Virus record (IMG/VR): IMGVR_UViG_3300048502_000142
Span: 1-64,000 of that record
Length of the DNA stretch: 64,000 nucleotides
Source of the DNA: a virus
Taxonomy: Duplodnaviria; Caudoviricetes
Reading direction: 5' to 3' (one strand)
A program made the translations under genes and the position numbers. The notes beneath the pieces are model-generated. The model searched no databases, had not been told where the DNA came from, and saw only the letters and a program-made list of their open reading frames with translations. Positions 38,066-45,876 of this stretch are shown one piece after another. How positions within the stretch are numbered: position 1 is the stretch's first letter; every line of letters begins with the position of its first letter.

Positions 38066-39268
38066 CTACGTACGACCGGAGCGCCCGGTGATCGGGTCAC
38101 GCCCGAGCGGGTCGCCGGCCGCCATCTCCGCCCGCCACCTGGAGAACGACTTGCTCGTCGGGACGAACACGGAGGCGGTGTAGTCGGCCCACCCCTGCCC
38201 GGATATCCAGTCCAGGTACTGCCAGAGCAGAGACGTCGACCCCTGCGCGAAGTCCGCAGGGGGTGTGGCCGCCTGCACCATTCGCCCGATCTCCAGCTGC
38301 ATGGCCGCAAGGCACCGCGCGAGGTCCGCCTCGGAGGTCGCGCCGCGGACGGACAGCTCCCGCGCCTTCGGCATAATCTCGGCGAGGAAGTGCCTGGCCC
38401 GCCTGGACGGATCCCCGAGCCCGGCAAACGCGTCCTCCAGGACCTCTTGCACAGTCCTCTCCACCGATCCGTCGGCGTGCCCGTTCAGGCGAGCGGGAGG
38501 GCTGCGCCTGGCATCGTCGCGCGGCGCTCGCTCCTCCTCGTCAGCCCAGCCCTCCTGGTTGAGCCACGTCGCCATGTGGCAGGTGAACGTCTTGTCCTGT
38601 CCCGCGCGCTCCCGCGCGTACCGGACGACGCCGGCCGTCACCGTCTCCAGATCGGTCTTCTTCAGCGCCCGCCTGCACGCTATCCGGGCCGCTCCCTTCC
38701 CGACGTGCCGCGGGTAGATCTGCCACAGCGCCTCGAACTCCGCCAGAAAGGCCACCTCCCTCGCCGAGGGTGCACGCCGGACGAACCCGTAGACCACCGG
38801 CACCGGCAGCCGGGGGGATGCGCACACCTCGCGGACCTCCCCGTCCAACCCTACGAGGTGGACGGGAATGCCGCGCCGCAGCGCCCGGTGGTACGAACGC
38901 CAGGTGCAGCCGACCTCCTTCGGCTCCTCCGTCGACGGTGCGACGATCAGCTCGTCCACGGCCTTCACCAGGTCGATCGCGCAGGCGGGGTAGTCCCGCG
39001 CCGGCAGCCTCCTGGAGTCAGGCCGGCAGTCCCTGCACCGGCACAGCGGGTAATCGCCGACCCTGGCCGCGATCGTCGGCGGGTGCAGGATCATCGGGAT
39101 GTGGCACGCAACGCATATGTTGTGGAACACCTTGTCTCGGTGCAGGCCGTCCCCGTGGCGGCCTATCCAGCCGCCCCCGGAGTAGCGGGCGCGCACGAAC
39201 TGCCGCACGGCCTTGACCTGCGCATCGGACATGCCCCGACTCGTGCCGACGAACCCGAAGTACCTCAT
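38066..39268 (-). CDS. SLOG-like domain fused to a phage replication-initiator-like domain
   Basis: GFVGTSRGMSDAQ...HGD...HPP; FEALWQIYPRHVGKGAA...HMATWLNQEGWAD. Confidence 0.6.
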   Translation of the reverse strand: MRYFGFVGTSRGMSDAQVKAVRQFVRARYSGGGWIGRHGDGLHRDKVFHNICVACHIPMILHPPTIAARVGDYPLCRCRDCRPDSRRLPARDYPACAIDLVKAVDELIVAPSTEEPKEVGCTWRSYHRALRRGIPVHLVGLDGEVREVCASPRLPVPVVYGFVRRAPSAREVAFLAEFEALWQIYPRHVGKGAARIACRRALKKTDLETVTAGVVRYARERAGQDKTFTCHMATWLNQEGWADEEERAPRDDARRSPPARLNGHADGSVERTVQEVLEDAFAGLGDPSRRARHFLAEIMPKARELSVRGATSEADLARCLAAMQLEIGRMVQAATPPADFAQGSTSLLWQYLDWISGQGWADYTASVFVPTSKSFSRWRAEMAAGDPLGRDPITGRSGRT

Positions 39269-39274
39269 CCCAAG

Positions 39275-39838
39275 TCACCGCCTCCGTCGAAGTCCGCGAG
39301 CGCGTCGTGCGTCCACCCCACCTTGGCGCCGGACCGGCGGACGAACCTGTACGCAGCCAACGCGCCCTCCTACGCTAACCCTGGCCGCGACGGCCAGTCG
39401 GTCGACGCGCTCGTTGTGCGGGTTCCCGCTGTGCCCGCGCACCCATCGCCAGTCCACTTCGTGCCTCCCGCTCACGGCCAGGAGGCGCTCCCACAGCTCC
39501 CGGTTCTTCACCAGCCTGTTGTCCCGCGTCCGCCACTGCCGCTTTACCCACCCGCGGATCCACAGCGTGATCCCGTTCTTCACGTACTGACTGTCGGTGT
39601 ACAGCGTGACGGCGCAGCGCCACTTGAGTGCCTCCAAGCCGGCGATAGCACCCATCAGCTCCATCTGGTTGTTCGTCGCGCAGGGGTCGGAGCCGACGAC
39701 CTCACGCTCCACGAGCCCGGTCTTATGCTCGTAAAGGAGGAGCGCGGCGAACCCGCCCGCGCCTGGATTGGGTAAACAGGATCCATCCGTGTAGATCCTT
39801 ACCCGCGGGTGTCGCGGCAGCCTCTCGCTGTCAGGCAT
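39275..39838 (-). CDS. rnhA: Ribonuclease HI
   Basis: IYTDGSCLPNPGAGG, TNNQMEL, YTDSQYV, VKNRELW, WVRGHSGNPHNERVDRLA. Confidence 0.96.
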   Translation of the reverse strand: MPDSERLPRHPRVRIYTDGSCLPNPGAGGFAALLLYEHKTGLVEREVVGSDPCATNNQMELMGAIAGLEALKWRCAVTLYTDSQYVKNGITLWIRGWVKRQWRTRDNRLVKNRELWERLLAVSGRHEVDWRWVRGHSGNPHNERVDRLAVAARVSVGGRVGCVQVRPPVRRQGGVDARRARGLRRRR

Positions 39839-40044
39839 CGGAATGGTTCTCGTCCCTCGTCATCTGGGGGCTCCGGGATAGCCTACTATACGTCGGGACG
39901 AGATCCGCGTGGAAGGAGCCTCCGGAAAACGTCCAGACCGCCGCGAAAAGTCAACGCTGCGCGCCCGAATTTTCTTCATGTCTACCTCTCTACGCGTGCG
40001 CGTGCCCTCGCGTGCGCATATACGCGCGTACGTGTGCGATACTA

Positions 40045-40700
40045 AAGCCAATACAGGAAGACAAGCGTTGATTTAGAGCTGAGCGGAGACGTATGTCCCC
40101 CGTGACCGGGGAAACATGCGCCTCCAGTGACTTGACAGTTTGACCCGTCGCCTCGCTTTCAACGTCCGAACCAGCACGCTCAAGATTTTTAGATGGGGAG
40201 CCCCGGCGGTCATCCTGTACCGAGATTGCTGTGCCGAAGTCCCGCCTCGCGGCGACGACGGTTGTCCCGCGCTCCGGAGCCGGTTCGGCGACTGCCGGGC
40301 GCGCCCCGCCATCGCGGGGTCGTTGGTGCCCATCCCACTCTTCGCCGCTCAGGGGCGGCAGGAGGTCGGTCTCCCGGTGTCTGCGGGTGAGGTGTGGCTT
40401 GTGGCGTTGAGCCGGGCCATGCCGTCCTGTATCCGGCCACCCGACGCGCCTAGGGACGGGCTCCGCTCGGGAGGCCTCCCAGCCACGCTATGCATCGAAC
40501 GGAAGGACCGCGGGGAGCTTTCTTCGGTAGACCCTTGCCAGCGACGTGAAAGCGGGCTATATAAGGACCCATCAAGAAAGCTTGCGGCGCACTCCTCATT
40601 CTCCTCCGGGCCGGTTTCCAGAAATGGGTTCCGGCCCGAAGTGTTTCTAAGGTACGACGAAACATCGGCCGCGTAAACGGGGTAGATAAACAACCGGGGT
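40045..40700 (-). ncRNA. Candidate large structured non-coding RNA
   Basis: No convincing ORF; many stems, with G-U pairs favouring the minus strand; ends approximate. Confidence 0.45.
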
Positions 40701-40732
40701 CGGATGTAATTCCCCGTCCAGCGCTAACGGTC

Positions 40733-40763
40733 TTGCCGCCCTACGCTTCCGGTCGTGTATAGC
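40733..40763 (+). promoter_or_regulatory. Putative sigma70-like promoter for the tRNA
   Basis: TTGCCG followed by TGTATAGC just upstream of the tRNA. Confidence 0.4.
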
Positions 40764-40767
40764 TCCT

Positions 40768-40841
40768 GCCCGTGTAGCTCAGTTGGAAGAGTGCCTTGCC
40801 TGTAACAAGGAGGTCGGCCGTTCGAATCGGCCCCGCGGGCT
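40768..40841 (+). tRNA. tRNA-Thr(UGU), atypical (C33, no encoded CCA)
   Basis: GCCCGTG-TAGCTCAGTTGGAAGAGTG-CCTTG-CCTGTAA-CAAGG-AGGTC-GGCCGTTCGAATCGGCC-CCGCGGGC-T. Confidence 0.8.
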
Positions 40842-40890
40842 CCTACTCCGTGCGTCTCGTGACCCCGTCCCTCCGGACGTATAGTGGTGC

Positions 40891-41160
40891 ATGTCGAACC
40901 TATCCAAGCTCAGCAAGATCCTCCCGATGCTCGGCTCGTCGTCCGAGGGCGAGATCGTCGCCGCCGTCGCGGCGATCGGCCGAATGCTCGTCGCGGACGG
41001 CAAGGACTGGCACTGGCTCACGACCCGTCTGTCGGGACCGGGCACCCCGCCGGACTCCTTCGGTGACAACAAGCGCGCGGAGCAGGAAAACCGCCGGTTT
41101 GCGGACCCAGGTGTCGGTCCTGTCGAAGGAGAACGCGGCCCTGCGCGACGACCGCAATGA
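40891..41160 (+). CDS. Hypothetical protein (DUF2786-like N-terminus), possibly frameshifted
   Basis: LSKLSKILPMLGSSSEGEIVAAVAAIGRML...DWH. Confidence 0.55.
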   Translation: MSNLSKLSKILPMLGSSSEGEIVAAVAAIGRMLVADGKDWHWLTTRLSGPGTPPDSFGDNKRAEQENRRFADPGVGPVEGERGPARRPQ

Positions 41161-41501
41161 GCCTCCACAGGGTCGTGCGCCGGCTCGACCAGGAGGTCGC
41201 GGCGCTAAGGGCGCAGCAGCACCGCTCCTGGACGCGTCGGGACCCTGGGGATAACCGGTCTGAAGGCGGGGGATAAGTCGGACGGGGAGTCCGCACGTCG
41301 CCGCTGGCTCTTCCGCGTCGGGAAGATGCTGGAGCGCGCCGATGCCAATCCCGACGTTAACGACGACGCGCCGCGCGCCCTGCGCGCGCTCCTCGGGCTG
41401 CTGGAATGCGAGGGGTACGTGCCGGGGGAGTACGAGCTGCGCATCCTGACCCCGCTGTGGGCAGCCTACGTCGAGGCGCGCACGGCGGAGCGTGCGTGAT
41501 G

Positions 41502-41521
41502 TTTTGCGGTTTTCCGCAAAA
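41502..41521. promoter_or_regulatory. Palindromic operator, copy 1
   Basis: TTTTGCGG-TTTT-CCGCAAAA, followed by TGGACG-N17-TAGGGT. Confidence 0.75.
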
Positions 41522-41587
41522 TGTGACTGGACGGAACGTCGGGGCGGCGCTAGGGTGCGGGCCATCGAGAGACGGAGAGATCCCGAG

Positions 41588-43576
41588 ATGCCCACGCAGA
41601 TCAAGGTAGTCGAGACGAACGCGCGCTTCGAGGCGCACTTCCAGTTCGACTACGCGACGAAGGCCCTGGTCAAGGCGGCCGGCATGAAGTTCGACCCGGT
41701 CGCCAAGGTCTGGTGGACGAAGGACGCCGCCATCGCCGCGAAGGTCGCGGACCCCGAACTCGCGAAGAAGCTAAACGAGCAGGCAATTGCGGCGCAGGCC
41801 GCGGTGCGCGTTTCGATCGAGGCTTCGCAGGCGACGAAGGTGGACGTCGAGATCCCGGCGCCCGCCGGCCTCTCCTACCTCCCCTACCAGAAGGCCGGCA
41901 TCGCCTACGGGCTCGGTCGGAAGGACGTACTGATCGGCGACGAGCCCGGCCTCGGGAAGACGATACAGGCCGCCGGCATCATTAACGCCGACGAGACGAT
42001 CCGCAAAGTCGTCATCGTCTGCCCGGCCTCCCTGAAGCTGAACTGGCGCAACGAGCTGAACAAGTGGCTCGTGCGGCCGATGACGGTCGAGATCGCGAAC
42101 GGGATCTTCGATCACGGTGTTGACATCGTGATCGTGAACTACGAGCAGGTGAAGAAATTCCGGGACGCGATCGACATCTTCGCGCCGGACCTCCTCGTCT
42201 GCGACGAGGTCCACATGTGCAAGAACCCGAAGGCGCAGCGCACGCAGGCGATCTTCGGCGAGTGGGACAATAGCGCGAAGGGCTGGAAGGTCCCGCCGAT
42301 CAAGGCGGGGCGTCGCGTCTTCCTGACGGGTACGCCGATCGTGAACCGCCCGATCGAGATGTGGACGATCGTCTCCTCGCTCGACCCCGAAGGCCTCGGG
42401 AAGTCCTGGTACAACTACGCCACCCGCTACTGCAACGCCTTCCGGACCAAGTACGGCTGGGACGTCTCCGGCGCGGCGAATCTCGACGAACTCCAGGCGA
42501 AGCTTCGGGCGACGTGCATGGTCCGTCGCCTGAAGGCGGACGTCCTAAAGGAGCTGCCGGCGAAGCGTCGGCAGGTGATCGTCCTCCCGGCCGACAGCGC
42601 CGAGGCACGCGCCGCGGTCAAGTGGGAGAACGAGAACTACGGCAGTCAGGCAAGGTCCCTGACGGCGCTGGGGGCGGACGTCGAACTCGCGAAGGCGTCG
42701 GACGACCCGGAGGAGTACGAGCGCGCCGTCGCCGCTCTGCGTCAGCAGTCGTCGTCCGCGTTCGCGGAGCTGTCCCGGATCCGGCACGCGACGGCCCTAG
42801 CGAAGGTTCCGGGCGTCGTCGAGCACGTCCGCGAGGCGCTGGAGGCCGGCGACAAGATCGTCCTCATGGCGCACCACCTCGACGTCGTGGCCGCGATAGC
42901 CGCGGAGTTTCCGGGCTGCGCCGTCCTGACCGGCGAGACGAAGCTCGCGGACCGGCAGGCCGCGGTCGAGCGGTTTCAAGGTGACCCCGAGTGCCGCCTG
43001 TTTATCGGCACGATCGGTGCGGCCGGCGTCGGCATCACCCTTACGGCGGCGGCCCACGTAATCTTCGCCGAGCTGGACTGGGTCCCGGGGAACATGTCGC
43101 AGGCGGAGGACCGCTGCCACCGCATCGGGCAGACGAACTACGTCCTCGTGCAGCACCTCGTCCTGGACGGTTCGGTCGACGCGCGGATGGCGACGGTGAT
43201 CGTCGAGAAGCAGGAAATCATCGACCGGGCGCTCGACGGCGGCGGGAAGCTGCCGGAGGCTCAGAACTTCGCCGATCCGATCCCGGCCGCGGCGACGAAG
43301 GAGATCACGCGGGAGCAGATCGCGCGCGAGGCGATCGAGGACGACGTCACCGAGTTCCGCGACGCGATCCACCTCGGTCTGAAGCGGCTGGCCGGCGTGT
43401 GCGACGGGGCGATCGAGCAGGACGGCGTCGGCTTCAACGGGGTCGACACCCGCATCGGGAAGGCGCTCGCCGCGGTCGTCAAACTCTCGCCGAAGCAGGC
43501 GATCCTGGGCCGGAAGATCTGCCGTAAATATCACCGTCAGCTCGGTGCCGAGCTGATCGCAGCGATGGGGAAGTAG
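41588..43576 (+). CDS. SNF2/SMARCAL1-like helicase
   Basis: LPYQ, GDEPGLGKT, CDEVH, LTGTPIVNRP, GVGITLT, QAEDRCHRIGQ; GGAGA RBS. Confidence 0.93.
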   Translation: MPTQIKVVETNARFEAHFQFDYATKALVKAAGMKFDPVAKVWWTKDAAIAAKVADPELAKKLNEQAIAAQAAVRVSIEASQATKVDVEIPAPAGLSYLPYQKAGIAYGLGRKDVLIGDEPGLGKTIQAAGIINADETIRKVVIVCPASLKLNWRNELNKWLVRPMTVEIANGIFDHGVDIVIVNYEQVKKFRDAIDIFAPDLLVCDEVHMCKNPKAQRTQAIFGEWDNSAKGWKVPPIKAGRRVFLTGTPIVNRPIEMWTIVSSLDPEGLGKSWYNYATRYCNAFRTKYGWDVSGAANLDELQAKLRATCMVRRLKADVLKELPAKRRQVIVLPADSAEARAAVKWENENYGSQARSLTALGADVELAKASDDPEEYERAVAALRQQSSSAFAELSRIRHATALAKVPGVVEHVREALEAGDKIVLMAHHLDVVAAIAAEFPGCAVLTGETKLADRQAAVERFQGDPECRLFIGTIGAAGVGITLTAAAHVIFAELDWVPGNMSQAEDRCHRIGQTNYVLVQHLVLDGSVDARMATVIVEKQEIIDRALDGGGKLPEAQNFADPIPAAATKEITREQIAREAIEDDVTEFRDAIHLGLKRLAGVCDGAIEQDGVGFNGVDTRIGKALAAVVKLSPKQAILGRKICRKYHRQLGAELIAAMGK

Positions 43577-43577
43577 T

Positions 43578-43856
43578 ATGGCCCGGCAGTTTGATTGGAA
43601 GCCAGTCGATTACGGGCGGGGCTTCCGCGCGGAGATGCCGGACGCGATTTCTCTAAATGTCGCTCCCAATCAGACGGTAGCCTTCGGGACGAAACCGGCG
43701 CGCGGGACGTCGTGGTGTGTATCGATCTCCCGGTATGAAGAGGCTACCCGGACGATCTACCGTTTCGGACGGGATACCTATGGGATCGAGCATCGTACGG
43801 CAAAAGACGCGATGCGCGCGGCAGAGCAGGTTTATCTAGAAGAGGTAGGGAAGTAA
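43578..43856 (+). CDS. Hypothetical protein
   Basis: Closely packed ORF in the plus-strand operon. Confidence 0.65.
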   Translation: MARQFDWKPVDYGRGFRAEMPDAISLNVAPNQTVAFGTKPARGTSWCVSISRYEEATRTIYRFGRDTYGIEHRTAKDAMRAAEQVYLEEVGK

Positions 43857-43858
43857 AA

Positions 43859-44089
43859 ATGTCCTGGCGCAAGTACGTCTTCCGCTGCGACCCGCGGCTG
43901 CTCGACGTTGCCACGGTCCTCGCGGCCCGGTACGTCGGCGGCGTCTACGACCACGTCGTGATCGACGGTCGGCAGCGCCTGAAGAGCCGCGACGCCCTCA
44001 TCGTCAAGGTCTATACCGGGACGTTCGCGATATGGGGCGACGTGAGCGAGGGCGCTATGACGCCGATCAACGTAAGGCAAATCAAGTAG
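43859..44089 (+). CDS. Hypothetical protein
   Basis: Closely packed ORF with good codon bias. Confidence 0.65.
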   Translation: MSWRKYVFRCDPRLLDVATVLAARYVGGVYDHVVIDGRQRLKSRDALIVKVYTGTFAIWGDVSEGAMTPINVRQIK

Positions 44090-44104
44090 ATCGCGGAGGA
44101 TACG

Positions 44105-44443
44105 ATGGACGACAGGACGCTTGAGGCTCTCTACGGCTCGATTAGGAAGTGGGAAGCTATTGTAGCCGGCGAAGGCGTCGACGAGGGTCCGGATAATTGC
44201 CCTCTTTGCTTACTCTTCTATGCGCCGGCACTGTGCCGGCGCTGTCCGGTTTATCAGAAGACGGGAGCTAGCGACTGTGTCGGAACCCCGTACATTGAAT
44301 GGCATAAATGGGCAGAGCTACTCGAAACATCGACCGTATTCGCGAGACCCGACGACGCTATGCCCGATCCTTTGGGTGTGCGTCTCGCACAAGCGGAGGT
44401 CGACTTCCTGAAGTCCCTGCTGCCGCCGGAGGCGCCGTCGTGA
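44105..44443 (+). CDS. Cys-rich hypothetical protein
   Basis: GGAGG RBS; SIRKWE...CPLC...CRRCPV...C. Confidence 0.7.
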   Translation: MDDRTLEALYGSIRKWEAIVAGEGVDEGPDNCPLCLLFYAPALCRRCPVYQKTGASDCVGTPYIEWHKWAELLETSTVFARPDDAMPDPLGVRLAQAEVDFLKSLLPPEAPS

Positions 44444-44793
44444 CGTCGCGAAACCGGAACAACGCGGACGCCGTCGCAACGCGATCGTCGGGGAACTCCG
44501 GCGTCGGCGTCGGGAGCTGTACATCTCGCAGATCGACCTGAACGACCGGCTAGGCCTCTACGCCCACGTGATATGGTCGTAAGAGAACGGCGTGCGGTTT
44601 CCGTCACCCTTTAACCTCGCCTGCTGGCGCGAGGCCCTGGGACTGTCGGCCGCAACATCGACGGAGAGACCGGAAATTTCGACGCCTAGGGGTATCGAGC
44701 CGGTCGGGGCTGCGGGAGAGTGCCCTTCGCGGCGTAACGTGCTGTACGGGCTCCGGAGCGTCCCGCGTGCTAATCGCATCCTAGGAGGATAAG

Positions 44794-44997
44794 ATGGCGA
44801 AGATGGTAGCGATGATCACATTTACCGTGGACCCAAGGGCGACGAAGACCGACATCCGCGACTTCATCAAAGACACACTAGAGAGCTTCGGCGGAGCGAA
44901 GCATTCGGAGGATCCGCTGTTCGACTCGCTCGGGCACGTGTCCGTCGGGGTATTGCAGAAGTTTGTGCCGGGGCGGGAGGAACCGAAGGATGACTAA
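44794..44997 (+). CDS. Hypothetical protein
   Basis: AGGAGG RBS. Confidence 0.65.
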   Translation: MAKMVAMITFTVDPRATKTDIRDFIKDTLESFGGAKHSEDPLFDSLGHVSVGVLQKFVPGREEPKDD

Positions 44998-45267
44998 CGC
45001 GAGTTGGTATCGTTACATTCCACTTCTGCGTCCGGCGACGTTCGGCGCGCTCCCATCCGGTGTCAAGTGGGACTACGCCGAGCGACCGACGTCCTTCCCC
45101 ATGAATCGACCGGATCTTCCGCTGTCGACGCATCGGTTCGGCGTGATCGTCATCGATCAGAAGCTTCCCGACGATCGGGCAAGGTATTTCGACCTGCGGT
45201 ACGATGGAGAGGCGATGTGACACGTGTCCGTCGGGGTATTGCAGGAGTTTGTGCCGGGGTGGGAGGA
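44935..45267 (+). repeat. 47-bp direct repeats (44935-44981 and 45221-45267) flanking one gene
   Basis: CACGTGTCCGTCGGGGTATTGCAG(A/G)AGTTTGTGCCGGGG(C/T)GGGAGGA, 45/47 identical. Confidence 0.9.
44990..45220 (+). CDS. Small protein resembling a stand-alone DarA C-terminal domain
   Basis: YRY.PLLRPATFGALP.G...HRFGVI..DQKL......FDL. Confidence 0.5.
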   Translation: MTNASWYRYIPLLRPATFGALPSGVKWDYAERPTSFPMNRPDLPLSTHRFGVIVIDQKLPDDRARYFDLRYDGEAM

Positions 45268-45273
45268 TGTGTC

Positions 45274-45744
45274 ATGAGCGATGTCTGGACCGCCTGTGAC
45301 TGCGAGGGCTACCGTCGGGGGTGCATGTACAATCCCGGCTGGATGACGGTGGGGGAGGCGCAGAAGGCCGTTGAAGCCGGATTCGGCGACAGACTCATGC
45401 TCGACTGGTGGGACACCGACGGGGGCGGAAGGCTGTACCTGCTGTGTCCCGCCAGCACCGGCAGCCAGGGTAACTTCGCGCCGGAGCAGCCCGAAGACTT
45501 CTGGGAGGCGTACTTCTGGGAGAAGGGGACCCGCGTCCTCTTCGTCGCGGGAAGGTGCGCGATCCACGAGTCTGGCTTCAAACCGTGGGAGTGCCGACAC
45601 GCACACCACGATCGGACGACCTTCCGCGGCCGCGATCACGCCGATTTCGCGGCGCTCGTCGCCGGTTGGGACACGGCGGAGGGCAGCGCGCTCGTCGAGG
45701 CCTGGTCGCGGGATCACGCCGTGTTCGTGCGGGGACGCGAATGA
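45274..45744 (+). CDS. Cys-cluster protein (YkgJ-like)
   Basis: CDCEG...C..NPGW...GRCAIHE..FKPWECR. Confidence 0.6.
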   Translation: MSDVWTACDCEGYRRGCMYNPGWMTVGEAQKAVEAGFGDRLMLDWWDTDGGGRLYLLCPASTGSQGNFAPEQPEDFWEAYFWEKGTRVLFVAGRCAIHESGFKPWECRHAHHDRTTFRGRDHADFAALVAGWDTAEGSALVEAWSRDHAVFVRGRE

Positions 45745-45876
45745 CCGTGTCCGACCGCACCGCCGAGGCGATCAACCGGAGCGCTATGACCGTCCGGTTC
45801 CTGGGAGGCTTCCGGTACGGCGGACACGACCGCATGGCGGTGTGCGCCGATGGCGACCTCGTCTCCTGGTGGTAGT

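Noticed and set aside
34201-38427. 1408-aa, 1060-aa and 702-aa ORF calls as giant fusion proteins
   Set aside because: The 5' extensions are Arg/Gly/Pro-rich off-frame readings of upstream genes; real starts are near 37053, 22615 and 28599
40045-40700. RNase P RNA, tmRNA or a group I/II intron
   Set aside because: Signature motifs (GAGGAAAGUCC, tRNA-like ends, group II domain V) were not found by eye; left as an unclassified candidate
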